Assembly: GCA_049975265.1 (NCBI GenBank)
Contig: JBNGDF010000022.1
Location: forward strand, 1-41,419
Direction of reading: 5' to 3'
Source: Fidelibacterota bacterium
GTDB lineage: Bacteria; Fidelibacterota; UBA2242
DNA: 41,419 nucleotides
Part shown: positions 29,330 to 38,913 of the stretch, piece by piece
Numbering within the stretch: the stretch's first letter is position 1
How the letters are laid out: every line of letters begins with the position of its first letter
Made by a program: the position numbers and the translations under genes
The notes under the pieces: generated by a model
What the model saw: only the letters and a program-made list of their open reading frames with translations
Told to the model about the DNA's origin: nothing
Database searches by the model: none

Positions 29330-30301
29330 TTACAATCTCTTTTGAAAAATTTTCAGATCATCTGGTATCCCAATGCTGTTCTCTGAAGAGGCAAACTCAT
29401 ACAATACCTTTCCGATCAGGCGCTCTCTTTTCGATTCATCAGTCTGCATATATAAATAGTTACTGTCAGGAATTTCCGAAGCGAGCAGCGGATAATATCG
29501 TTGATCGTGAATTTTATCGGTCGTGCCGTTGACAATGGTCACGTTACTGTCAATTGCTGAAAGATGCCCCATCAGTTCAAAAGCACGTGCCTGAACAGCA
29601 GCCGCCTTCCATTTTTTCAGGTCGCCATCATCGATAAATTCGGCGGTCCTACGCCTCTGAACCGTTTCTTTCATGCCCCTCAGAGCAATCTTTTTCGCAA
29701 CGGGTCGAATCACCTTTGCCAGCCAGACCGGAGTAAACGGAATAATCCATTTCAGTAGCCATTTCGGAAACCAGAGGGCATGCATGGGATCAAATAGAAT
29801 AAACGGCACCGGCGGATAGAGATTTTCAATCAAACCTTGCAGTAAGATTGTTGAACCCCAGCATGTTTCCGCAATCAGATAATCGTCCGTCCTGCGGATA
29901 TTGATCGCCCTTAATACGGCGGCAATATCGTGGGCGTTCTGCTCAACCGACATGTTGGTATGATTAATATCTATCCGGCTACTGCTTTTCTCCCGAGTCT
30001 CGATATGATATATTTCCACCCTGTTGATCAGGCTAGCATAACAATCACGAAAGCTGTTCAAATTCGCTCCCCAGCCGGGCACAAAAATAAGTGTTTTATT
30101 TTCATCGCTTCCGGAAGGGTTATGGTGGTAAACTAACAGTTCGCCATCGGTCACGATAAATCGTTGTTTATCAAAATGATCTATTAAGTCTTCCTGCAAT
30201 GACGTACCTGCAAAAGACATGATCCGATTTAGTTGCTCTCTCTGCTCCTCACTAAAACTGAGAGCAACCGTTTTTAAGAGTTTTTCAATATTGTCAATCA
30301 T
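29330..30301 (-). CDS. Alpha/beta-hydrolase fold protein with an atypical nucleophile elbow
   Basis: LIFVPGWG oxyanion loop, ETREKSSS, elbow AETCWGS, ILFDP, IVNGTTDKIH; ATG at 30301 has AGGA upstream. Confidence 0.65.
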   Translation of the reverse strand: MIDNIEKLLKTVALSFSEEQREQLNRIMSFAGTSLQEDLIDHFDKQRFIVTDGELLVYHHNPSGSDENKTLIFVPGWGANLNSFRDCYASLINRVEIYHIETREKSSSRIDINHTNMSVEQNAHDIAAVLRAINIRRTDDYLIAETCWGSTILLQGLIENLYPPVPFILFDPMHALWFPKWLLKWIIPFTPVWLAKVIRPVAKKIALRGMKETVQRRRTAEFIDDGDLKKWKAAAVQARAFELMGHLSAIDSNVTIVNGTTDKIHDQRYYPLLASEIPDSNYLYMQTDESKRERLIGKVLYEFASSENSIGIPDDLKIFQKRL

Positions 30302-30400
30302 TATCCTAATCCTGAACTTTCCGGTTTCTTTCTCAAATTTGTAAAAATGAATCAACTATTTCAGTACAATCAATCTGATTAAGAATAATGCAGCATATTA

Positions 30401-30429
30401 TTGCATATATATGAAAACAGTACTAAATT
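30401..30429 (+). promoter_or_regulatory. Putative sigma70 promoter for the HTH-EIIA/antiporter operon
   Basis: TTGCAT-N17-TAAATT, overlapping the imperfect palindrome TGCAGCATATTATTGCA. Confidence 0.5.
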
Positions 30430-30467
30430 ACTGCGTATGATGTACATATTATCAGCGGAGATTGAAA

Positions 30468-31124
30468 ATGAAAGAAATAATGACCCTTGAAGAATTAGCC
30501 GCCTATTTGCGGGTATCCGAGCGGACGGTCTATGATTGGGCTAGCAAAGGGGAAATTCCCGGCGGCAAGATCGGTACTTCGTGGCGCTTCAGGCGCAGTG
30601 ATATTGAAAACTGGGTCAACCGAAAACTCTCCCCGCGCATTTATCCAGACGCCCCCACTTCACCCCCGATTTCAGCCCTGTTAAAGCCGCAACGCTGCGT
30701 CCTCCTCGATTGTAAAAGCAAAAATGAGGCGCTAAACCGACTGATTGATCTCTGCAGCGATATTCCCGGTTTGGCAAATCGTGCGGAGTTGGCGGAAGCC
30801 GTTTTAAACCGTGAAAAACTGATGAGTACCGGCATCGGTCTGTCGATTGCTGTTCCCCATGTCCGTCTGAATTCCGTCAACGAAATCCAGATGGCTTTCG
30901 CCGTCAATAAAACCGGTATTACGGACTATGAATCGCTTGATGGCATTCCGGTCCGGATCATCGTTCTGATCATCGCCGGTAGAAATCAACATACGGCTTA
31001 TATCCAAACCTTATCCCGGATTTCCCGATTACTGAAAAATGAAATCATACGGGAACGCTTGTACAATTGCAAAGACGGTCAGGCGATTTACGGTATTCTG
31101 ATTGAAGGAGATGAGTCGGCGTGA
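30468..31124 (+). CDS. Excisionase-type HTH fused to a PTS EIIA (Ntr/Fru-type) domain
   Basis: IMTLEELAAYLRVSERTVYDWA.KGEIPG.KIG.SWRF; RE.LMSTGIG..IAVPH with the phospho-His. Confidence 0.9.
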   Translation: MKEIMTLEELAAYLRVSERTVYDWASKGEIPGGKIGTSWRFRRSDIENWVNRKLSPRIYPDAPTSPPISALLKPQRCVLLDCKSKNEALNRLIDLCSDIPGLANRAELAEAVLNREKLMSTGIGLSIAVPHVRLNSVNEIQMAFAVNKTGITDYESLDGIPVRIIVLIIAGRNQHTAYIQTLSRISRLLKNEIIRERLYNCKDGQAIYGILIEGDESA

Positions 31125-32791
31125 ATATGAGTCCCGGAATACTGCTCCTTTTTGGTATAGGAATTTTTGGCGGTATTTTCAGTGCTCTGCTGGTCAGGCG
31201 GCTCAGCATTCCTCAGGTTCTGGGATATATCCTGATGGGATTTCTGATTGGTGTCGGTGGACTGAAAATCGTCTCTCTGAATGATATTGAACACCTGAAG
31301 CCTTTTAATTTTTTCGCTCTGGGAATCATCGGCTTTCTAGTTGGCGCCGAAATCCACCTTGATGTTCTGAAAAAATACGGCAAGCAGTTTTTCGCAATTC
31401 TGTTAGCCGAGGGGCTGTTAGCCTTTCTGCTTGTCTGTTTACCGATTACCATGATTATATTCCGGATAACTCATTCGTTCAACATAGCGCTTGCAACCGG
31501 GATTGTATTCGGTGCCATCGCTTCCGCCACCGATCCGGCTTCGACCATCAATGTCCTCTGGGAGTACCGGACTGCCGGGATTTTAACGACGACGCTGATC
31601 GCCATTGTTGCTCTTGATGATGCCCTGGCTATGACGTTATACGGTATTGGAACCGGAATTGCGGAAATTATTTCCGGGAGTGGCGCCCACCTGCAAGGTC
31701 AAATTTTAAAAACGCTGTTTGAGTTACTGGGTTCGGTGTTGAGCGGCATCGCCGCCGGTTATTTTTTAAATTTTATCCTGCACAAATCCCACGATCAGGA
31801 TCATATCTCCACCATCGCTATCGGTTTGCTCCTGTTATGTATCGGGCTGGCGGTGCGGTTGAATCTGGACATTATTCTCATGACAATGTCAATCGGAATT
31901 GTGATCGTCAATCTTTCACCTCAACGCAGTAAAGAGTTGATCAGCACGCTGAAAAGACTTTCAATTCCCATTTACATTCTGTTTTTCGTGCTGGTCGGTT
32001 CGCGGCTGGGCTTGCGCGATATGCCAAGCTGGCTCTGGTGGATCATCATTCTTTATGTCGCCGGCAGGAGCACCGGCAAGATGCTTGGCGCATGGATCGG
32101 CGCAAAACTAACCCAGGCTGAGGATGTCGTCCGGAGATACACGGGTATGGGGCTCTTTGCGCAGGGCGGAGTCGCCATCGGACTTTCCATTATGGCAAGT
32201 CAGCATCTCAACGGAATTCGTGTTTCCGAAAGCCTGTTTCTGGGAGATTTGATTATTTTCGGAATCACGGGTACAACCTTTATCGTCCAGATAATCGGAC
32301 CTCCCCTTGTCAAACTGGCTGTCAAACTCTCCGGCGAAATCGGCAAAAATCTCACCGAAGAGGATATCATCGCCAAATGGAGAGTTCGGGATGCCATGGT
32401 AAAAGACATCCTCATTATTCATGACAATGATTCGGTTCGCTCGATTTTCCTGAAGTTTCAGCACTCAAATTATGCCTTTTTACCGGTCTTAACAGAGGAT
32501 AAAACAATCAGCGGAATCATTACATTTAGGCAGATAAAAGCTGTCATGCTGGACGACAGCTGCTGGGATTGGTTATTGGCGTCGGATATTATGGAGCCTG
32601 TCAGGGATTTTGTCACTGAAAACGAACCCCTGGACAGAGCACTGACACTGATGAACCAACTTTTCAGCGATTACCTGCCCGTTGTGGACACGACTGAAGG
32701 TAAAAAATTCTGTGGAATCATTGACAGACGCCTGATTAAACAATCTGTCAAACGGGAAATGATTGCGATTGCCGGAAAATTCAGTGCATAG
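31121..32791 (+). CDS. Cation/H+ antiporter with a C-terminal CBS pair
   Basis: IASATDPA, VALDDA, FFVLVG, GRSTGK..GA; C-terminal VRDAM...LPVL...GIIT...DIM...LPVVD...GII. Confidence 0.9.
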   Translation: MNMSPGILLLFGIGIFGGIFSALLVRRLSIPQVLGYILMGFLIGVGGLKIVSLNDIEHLKPFNFFALGIIGFLVGAEIHLDVLKKYGKQFFAILLAEGLLAFLLVCLPITMIIFRITHSFNIALATGIVFGAIASATDPASTINVLWEYRTAGILTTTLIAIVALDDALAMTLYGIGTGIAEIISGSGAHLQGQILKTLFELLGSVLSGIAAGYFLNFILHKSHDQDHISTIAIGLLLLCIGLAVRLNLDIILMTMSIGIVIVNLSPQRSKELISTLKRLSIPIYILFFVLVGSRLGLRDMPSWLWWIIILYVAGRSTGKMLGAWIGAKLTQAEDVVRRYTGMGLFAQGGVAIGLSIMASQHLNGIRVSESLFLGDLIIFGITGTTFIVQIIGPPLVKLAVKLSGEIGKNLTEEDIIAKWRVRDAMVKDILIIHDNDSVRSIFLKFQHSNYAFLPVLTEDKTISGIITFRQIKAVMLDDSCWDWLLASDIMEPVRDFVTENEPLDRALTLMNQLFSDYLPVVDTTEGKKFCGIIDRRLIKQSVKREMIAIAGKFSA

Positions 32792-32816
32792 AAAATAAAA
32801 ACAGACCAGGTTTTTC

Positions 32817-32845
32817 TTTACATTCAGCCGATTTTCAATTACAAT
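32817..32845 (+). promoter_or_regulatory. Putative sigma70 promoter for the gltS-like gene
   Basis: TTTACA-N17-TACAAT, followed by GGAGG and the ATG at 32870. Confidence 0.6.
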
Positions 32846-32869
32846 TAGATATTCAAACTCGGAGGGATT

Positions 32870-34309
32870 ATGAATTTTCCATGGAAATTTTTTACCGATC
32901 TCGGGGTCATTGCGATTGCGATGCTGCTGGCGACACTTTTACGGGCAAAGCTGAAATTCTTTCAAAAGTATCTGATTCCAAATGCCCTGAGCGCCGGTTT
33001 TATCCTGCTGTTTTTCTATAACTTTTTTGCAAAATATTTCGGCATGGACAATCATGATCTCGGTGCCATGGTATACCATCTGCTGAGTCTTTCCTTTGTC
33101 GCCATGACGCTTAGAAAATCCCCGGAACCCCATAAAAAGGGTGACCTCGGTATCTTTTCCACTTCGCTGGCGATTATTTCACAGTACGCAATCCAGATTA
33201 TCCTCGGACTGTTGCTGACTTTTTTCCTGATGAAAACCTTTTTCCCGGAGCTATTCCCGGCTTTCGGACTGTTACTGCCGCTGGGATTTGCCCTGGGACC
33301 CGGTCAGGCTTATGCCATCGGGCAGGGCTGGGAAGCCTTTGGTTTCAAAGGTGCCGGTTCAGTCGGTCTGACCTTTGCCGCCGTTGGATTTCTGTGGGCT
33401 TGTTTTGGCGGCATGTGGCTGATCAATTACGGTATCCGTAAGAACTGGATCACACCGGAAAAATTAGAAAAACTGAAACAGCGCAATGTATCCACCGGTG
33501 TGTATCCCAAAGATAAGGAACTTCCGGTGGGCTCACGCCTGACTACTGAAACCGAAGCCATTGATTCGCTAACCTATAACGGCTCCTTCGTCATGCTGGT
33601 TTATCTGCTTAGTTTTCTGTTACTAAAATTTCTCACCTACCTCCTCTCCTTTGCCGGAAATGCGGGAATGGAACTAGCCGTAAATCTTTGGGGCATCAGT
33701 TTTGTCTTTGCCGCGATTACAGCACTGGTTGTCAAAGGCGTCTTAAATCTTTTTAATCTGCAACATACGCTGGATAACGGCTGCCTGACCAGAATTTCCG
33801 GAATATCCGTTGACCTGATGGTAGCCGGCGCGATCGGTGCAATTTCTCTGATTGTGGTTATGAAGTACTGGATTCCCATACTAATCATCTGCGCTGTTGG
33901 AGGAATCGTTGTAATGGTCACAATTCCCTGGTTCTGCTCGCGGCTTTTCAAAGACCACCGCTTTGACCGGACCCTGATCGTCTATGGCGCCTGCACCGGT
34001 ACAATGCCGACCGGATTAGCGCTGCTGCGCGTCATTGACCCTGATTTCGAAACCCCCGTCGCCTCAGATTATATGTTCTCATCGGCTGTGACCTTTTTCA
34101 TCGTTATTCCCGTGATCCTGGCGATTAACCTGCCGGCTTACGCCTATCGAACGGGTAACATGCTCTATTTCTGGGGAATGGTGGGTATCGCCACGGTATA
34201 CCTCCTCTTCACCCTGATTTCATTCCGGTTAATCGCCAAAAAGCGCAGCTTTATGAGCGGTTCGAAAATCTGGCTCCACGAACATATCATCAAACGCAAA
34301 AAAGGATAA
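32870..34309 (+). CDS. Sodium/glutamate symporter (GltS family)
   Basis: LR.K..FFQKYLIP....AG, GF..GPGQA..IG..W, YG..TGT.PTGL.LLR.IDP.F.TP; multiple transmembrane helices. Confidence 0.8.
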   Translation: MNFPWKFFTDLGVIAIAMLLATLLRAKLKFFQKYLIPNALSAGFILLFFYNFFAKYFGMDNHDLGAMVYHLLSLSFVAMTLRKSPEPHKKGDLGIFSTSLAIISQYAIQIILGLLLTFFLMKTFFPELFPAFGLLLPLGFALGPGQAYAIGQGWEAFGFKGAGSVGLTFAAVGFLWACFGGMWLINYGIRKNWITPEKLEKLKQRNVSTGVYPKDKELPVGSRLTTETEAIDSLTYNGSFVMLVYLLSFLLLKFLTYLLSFAGNAGMELAVNLWGISFVFAAITALVVKGVLNLFNLQHTLDNGCLTRISGISVDLMVAGAIGAISLIVVMKYWIPILIICAVGGIVVMVTIPWFCSRLFKDHRFDRTLIVYGACTGTMPTGLALLRVIDPDFETPVASDYMFSSAVTFFIVIPVILAINLPAYAYRTGNMLYFWGMVGIATVYLLFTLISFRLIAKKRSFMSGSKIWLHEHIIKRKKG

Positions 34310-34330
34310 ACATAGGGAAAGGTAGTCAGT

Positions 34331-34774
34331 ATGCCAACATTACACGACAATTATATTGATTCTCTGCGTCAGAAAATCACCAAATGGCTCGCATCGGATC
34401 ACAGTAAGCGCAATAAGTGGGGGCGCTATATTCAGCACACTCCCGATTTATTCCATTTATTAATCAAACTGTCGGCTGACAAATCAATCTCCGATCACTG
34501 TAAAAGCAAACTGGCGACGGCAATATCCTATTTTGTATCACCCTACGATTTTATTCCCGAAGAATTCTGGGGCGCGCTTGGCTATGTGGATGATATCACC
34601 CTGGCAGCTTATGTTTTAAAATGCATCACCGGCGAAGAGGGCGAAAATATTATTCGTGACAACTGGGACGGTTCAGGCGATATTATAACCCTCATAAATG
34701 ATATTTTGAAAGTCGCTGAGGAAATGGTCGGCAAAAAATGGCTGAATAAGCTGAAAGAGCTGATTGAAGCCTAA
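34331..34774 (+). CDS. YkvA/DUF1232 family protein
   Basis: PDLFHLL.KL..D...K..L...I.YF.SPYDFIPE...G.LGYVDD. Confidence 0.88.
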   Translation: MPTLHDNYIDSLRQKITKWLASDHSKRNKWGRYIQHTPDLFHLLIKLSADKSISDHCKSKLATAISYFVSPYDFIPEEFWGALGYVDDITLAAYVLKCITGEEGENIIRDNWDGSGDIITLINDILKVAEEMVGKKWLNKLKELIEA

Positions 34775-34805
34775 TCATTCTGAATAAACCATCTGTATTT
34801 ATATG

Positions 34806-36656
34806 CTATAAATCCCGCTTCCGGTTTGAAAGCAGGATCGTATCCCGGAGCTCCTCTTTGTTGCGGGCTGCCATCCAGCGCTTATCGAAGTTCGGGTCCT
34901 GAGCGATATTGGCAATCGCCATCAGCGCCCGGAGATGATAATTGCGTTCATCAATGGAACCGACCAATACAAACATGGCATGCACCGGTTCTTTGATTCC
35001 GGGAAAAATCAAACCCTCTTTCGCCCGCACCAGCAGGACATCAAAGCGTTTTTCACCAGGCACAATAATATGGGGAATCGCCAGACCGGGCTTGATCACC
35101 GTTCCGGACTGCCGTTCCCGTTCAAGAAATTTTTTGTAAATGATTTCGCTCTCAATCCGGCATCTGCGTGCCAATATTTCCGAAATATCCCTGAAGGCTT
35201 CTTCGATAGTTTGCGTTCCCTCAATATCCAGAATTTCGCAATTTCTGATCAATTTATCGAAGCGATCTTCGATTATCCGGTCGCGCTCGATGATGATATC
35301 GCGCAGTTCCCTTTCCAGGGTTTTCGTTTTTAATTCCTTTGCCGTAACCCGCTCAACAATATACATCAGGGCTGACGTGCGTCTGATCCGCTTCTTTGAA
35401 TAGCCGAAATATATGAGCGTGCCGAATATTAAAAACAGCAGGCTGATCAATATCGGAATTCCACCCATTTCGATCAGCAGAAAACCGTAGGTTAAAAGTG
35501 CCGCAATCGGCATGTAGGGATACAGCGGCATTTTGAATTTGGGGCGGTAATTCTGGATTTTACTTTCCCGCATGACAATGACGGAGATATTGACCATAAT
35601 AAACAGGATAATCATTAACGTGGATGCCGTCTTAACCAGCTCTTCGATTTCTAAAAATGTGATAACACAAATCATAAAACCACTGGTGATTAAGATGGAT
35701 GTAACGGGAGTATTGAATTTGGGATGCACCTTCCCTAAAAAATCGGGCAGCAGCTGGTCGCGACTCATCGCCAGGGGTGAGCGCGATGCCGCCAGTATGC
35801 CGGCGTTTGCCGTGGTAATGAACGCCACCATCGCAGCAATGCTCAGCAAAATCATACCGGGCATACCCAACACCTCCCCGGCACCGATAGAGAGCGGGAT
35901 CAGTGAACCGGAAAGCGCCGCTCCATCCGTAATACCGACAGTTACACCGATTGCCAGAAGGTAAAGCAGGGTTACGCATAAAAAGGAGAGAATCATTCCG
36001 ATGGGAATATTGCGGCTGGGATTGTCCACCTCTTCGGCGATACTGGATACCTTAGTCAAACCCCCGAAGGATACAAACACGAGTCCCGCCGTGGAGACCA
36101 CTGACCAGAAGCCGTTGGGCATAAAGGGAATGTACCGCTCCGGGAGGGTCGCAATAAAACCGCGCCCGATATAGACCGCCAGAATTAAAATCAAAACCAA
36201 AACCAACAGCACCTGCGAAAAACCGGTGATCTTTACGCTGACGATATTAAAAAGGGTGAACAGAATACAGGCGCAGACGGCGATCAATTTAATCTCAAAT
36301 TGCGTTATATCCGGTTTGATCAGAATCGCGAAAGCGCCGATTCCCACCAGCGCAAAGGCGCTTTTCAGACTGACCGAAAACCAATTGGCAAATCCGCCGA
36401 AAGTGCCCCAGATTGGTCCCAGGCTCCGGTCAATGAAAAAGTACGTCCCCCCTGCTTTGGGCATCGCCGTTGACAGTTCTGCTTTCGCCAGCATGCTGGG
36501 CACAATCAGTAAAGCCGCCAGCATATATGCTAAAATCATCGCCGGACCGGATAGTGCGTAAGCCAATCCCGGTAATACGAACAAACCGGAGCTGATCATG
36601 GCGCCGGTGGATACGGCAAACACATCGAGCATTTTGAGTTCTTTTTTTAACGGCAT
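34806..36656 (-). CDS. APC amino-acid permease fused to a C-terminal PTS EIIA domain
   Basis: GAMISSGLFVLPG, AELSTAMPKAGGTY, SFGGLTKV..IAEEV.NP; C-terminal RERQSGTVI.PGLAIPH...HLRALMAIA. Confidence 0.88.
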   Translation of the reverse strand: MPLKKELKMLDVFAVSTGAMISSGLFVLPGLAYALSGPAMILAYMLAALLIVPSMLAKAELSTAMPKAGGTYFFIDRSLGPIWGTFGGFANWFSVSLKSAFALVGIGAFAILIKPDITQFEIKLIAVCACILFTLFNIVSVKITGFSQVLLVLVLILILAVYIGRGFIATLPERYIPFMPNGFWSVVSTAGLVFVSFGGLTKVSSIAEEVDNPSRNIPIGMILSFLCVTLLYLLAIGVTVGITDGAALSGSLIPLSIGAGEVLGMPGMILLSIAAMVAFITTANAGILAASRSPLAMSRDQLLPDFLGKVHPKFNTPVTSILITSGFMICVITFLEIEELVKTASTLMIILFIMVNISVIVMRESKIQNYRPKFKMPLYPYMPIAALLTYGFLLIEMGGIPILISLLFLIFGTLIYFGYSKKRIRRTSALMYIVERVTAKELKTKTLERELRDIIIERDRIIEDRFDKLIRNCEILDIEGTQTIEEAFRDISEILARRCRIESEIIYKKFLERERQSGTVIKPGLAIPHIIVPGEKRFDVLLVRAKEGLIFPGIKEPVHAMFVLVGSIDERNYHLRALMAIANIAQDPNFDKRWMAARNKEELRDTILLSNRKRDL

Positions 36657-36717
36657 GCTCATTCCCTTACCGAAATATATGACCAAAAATGGTAAATCGG
36701 ATACTTTTTTTCTTTCA

Positions 36718-37809
36718 TCAGAATTCCAAGGTCAGCTGATTGGTGGATTCAGCGACGTTGACCGTATTGAGATTTGAGACGGAAATTCCCAGCAGTCGAA
36801 CCGGCTTCTCCGGCAGATCGGGCTTCTGAAGCAGCTGTTTCGCAATTGCAAGAATATCTGCCGCATCATCGATGAAATCAGAAACGCTGCGACATCGCGT
36901 GCGGAGATCGAAATCGTGATATTTAATTTTCAGGGTAATCCGCCTGCCTCTGACCCCTCTTTCCTGCAACAGATTCCCCAATTGATCTGCGAGTTTTTGC
37001 AGCTGCCGGACCTGCTCTTCAGGCGAAACAATATCCTCATGAAAGGTACGTTCGACCCCCAGGGATTTCCGGGGCTGCTCCGGCTCCACGGGGCGTTCAT
37101 CAATTCCCCGGGCGATACTATAAAAATAGAGCCCCGTTTTCCCAAAATACCGTTCGAGGTCTCCTTTCGAAAAAGAGAGTAAATCTTTCCCGGTGCGGAT
37201 GCCAAGCGATTTCATTTTGGCGGCAGTGACCTGTCCGACACCATAGAATTTTTCAATAGACAGCGCCTGCACAAACGACGCCACCTCTCCGGGCGGAATG
37301 ACCGTCAACCCGTCCGGTTTATTCATTCCCGAAGCGACTTTGGCAACGAATTTATTAACGGAAATTCCCGCGGAAGCCGTCAACTGGGTTGTCTGGCGGA
37401 TTCTTGCTTTGATTTCGCCGGCGATTTCCGTCACCGACCGGATTCCCTTTTTATTTTCCGTTACATCAAGGTACGCCTCATCCAGCGACAGCGGTTCTAC
37501 CAAATCGGTATATTCCCGGAATATTTGCATGATCTGCGCCGATACTGCCTTATAAACATCAAACCGCGGGACAACGAATAAAATTTCCGGGCACTTTTGC
37601 CGGGCGATAACCGACGGCATGGCGGAATGGACGCCGAACTTGCGGGCTTCATAGCTGGCAGCTGCAACGACACTACGGCGCCCATCACCCCCTACAGCGA
37701 TCGGTTTATGACGATACTTTGGATGATCGCGCTGCTCGATTGAGGCAAAAAAGGCATCCATATCCACGTGGATGATTTTGCGCTGTTTTTTATAGGTATT
37801 CGTCGTCAC
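36718..37809 (-). CDS. dinB: DNA polymerase IV
   Basis: IIHVDMDAFFASIEQ, ASYEARKFGVHSAMP, SLDEAYLD, AKVAS.MNKPDG, VRLLGISVS. Confidence 0.96.
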   Translation of the reverse strand: MTTNTYKKQRKIIHVDMDAFFASIEQRDHPKYRHKPIAVGGDGRRSVVAAASYEARKFGVHSAMPSVIARQKCPEILFVVPRFDVYKAVSAQIMQIFREYTDLVEPLSLDEAYLDVTENKKGIRSVTEIAGEIKARIRQTTQLTASAGISVNKFVAKVASGMNKPDGLTVIPPGEVASFVQALSIEKFYGVGQVTAAKMKSLGIRTGKDLLSFSKGDLERYFGKTGLYFYSIARGIDERPVEPEQPRKSLGVERTFHEDIVSPEEQVRQLQKLADQLGNLLQERGVRGRRITLKIKYHDFDLRTRCRSVSDFIDDAADILAIAKQLLQKPDLPEKPVRLLGISVSNLNTVNVAESTNQLTLEF

Positions 37810-38897
37810 GCTGAATTGGCGTCCAGCAGCGCGTCCACAACTTGCTTAACCCGCTCTGCGGAATTTCCGTCGGTGTATTCAAAAAGACATGCTTTATCCC
37901 GGCGAAGCGCGGCTATCCGTACCGGATCAGGATTCAACGCCGCCTGAACGGTTTTCTTCAGATTATCACCCTCTTTAAAATGCACAAAGGACTCTTTTAG
38001 CCATTCGGAACTACGGTCTTCCAGCAGCGGAGTACCATCGTGATGGGTCTGCTGCTCATCGGGCAAATCGACAATGATCCCGACCCGCTCCAGCGCCAGA
38101 AACTCATTGATTACACTGGAACCGTCACTGATCATGGTGTCGGCGATGAACATATAGGGTCGAATGTCGTGCTGCTCCGGCTTTACTAGGCGAATTTCCG
38201 GATTGCTGCGGACCTGCATCTCAAAAAAACGGTGATGCGAATGAGAGGCGTATTTCCCCTGCCAGCTGTAGGGATGCAGCTTGACGATGACATTATAATC
38301 GCGGGCTAAACCGGCAATCTGCTCACCCACCATAAAAATAGAGGTCGGTTTAAAAGACGGAGCATAGAGAACCGTCTTTTTATCCGGATTCAGACCATAT
38401 TTGCGAATCAGTACCTGCTTCTCAAAGCTGCCATCGAAAAAACAGTCCAGTTTCGGCAAACCGGTTACATAGATTTTATGAATCTTATCCAGCCCGTATT
38501 TTTTGAATTTTTCCAGCCGGTAGCGTCCTTCGACAAAACAGTGGTAGCAGACATTGCGTTGTTTCAACAGGTGCCGGTAACGCAACGTTTTAATTCCGGG
38601 TCCGTGGTCAAGATTTACCAGTATGGCATCACCGAACCGTTCCGGATGCGCTACCTGTGCACCGAGATAGACCACATCGAATCCGGAAGATGCAGAGGTG
38701 ACGCGGTAACCGCTACGCCGATAATTCGCCTCAAGTCGGCGTCTGTCGGAAATCAGGAAAATGCCGCCGACCCGGCGTTGATTTTTACCGATTTTTATAT
38801 ACAGGTCATGGCGCCCCTCAGTGACATAGGCAGCATATACAGGCTCCAGGCTTTCCCAGTAATAATCCTGAACGATATAGAATAGTATTTTTGCCAT
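37806..38897 (-). CDS. CDP-glycerol glycerophosphotransferase (TagF/TagB-like) family protein
   Basis: DHGPGIK, TGLPKLD, VLYAPSF, VKLHP, AD.MISD.SSVI.EFL.L, DGNSAERV. Confidence 0.85.
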   Translation of the reverse strand: MAKILFYIVQDYYWESLEPVYAAYVTEGRHDLYIKIGKNQRRVGGIFLISDRRRLEANYRRSGYRVTSASSGFDVVYLGAQVAHPERFGDAILVNLDHGPGIKTLRYRHLLKQRNVCYHCFVEGRYRLEKFKKYGLDKIHKIYVTGLPKLDCFFDGSFEKQVLIRKYGLNPDKKTVLYAPSFKPTSIFMVGEQIAGLARDYNVIVKLHPYSWQGKYASHSHHRFFEMQVRSNPEIRLVKPEQHDIRPYMFIADTMISDGSSVINEFLALERVGIIVDLPDEQQTHHDGTPLLEDRSSEWLKESFVHFKEGDNLKKTVQAALNPDPVRIAALRRDKACLFEYTDGNSAERVKQVVDALLDANSA

Positions 38898-38913
38898 GTT
38901 TTTACACTATTTG

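Noticed and set aside
30468..30650. Excisionase suggesting a prophage or integrative element
   Set aside because: The HTH is fused to EIIA, and there is no integrase, att repeat or phage gene nearby.
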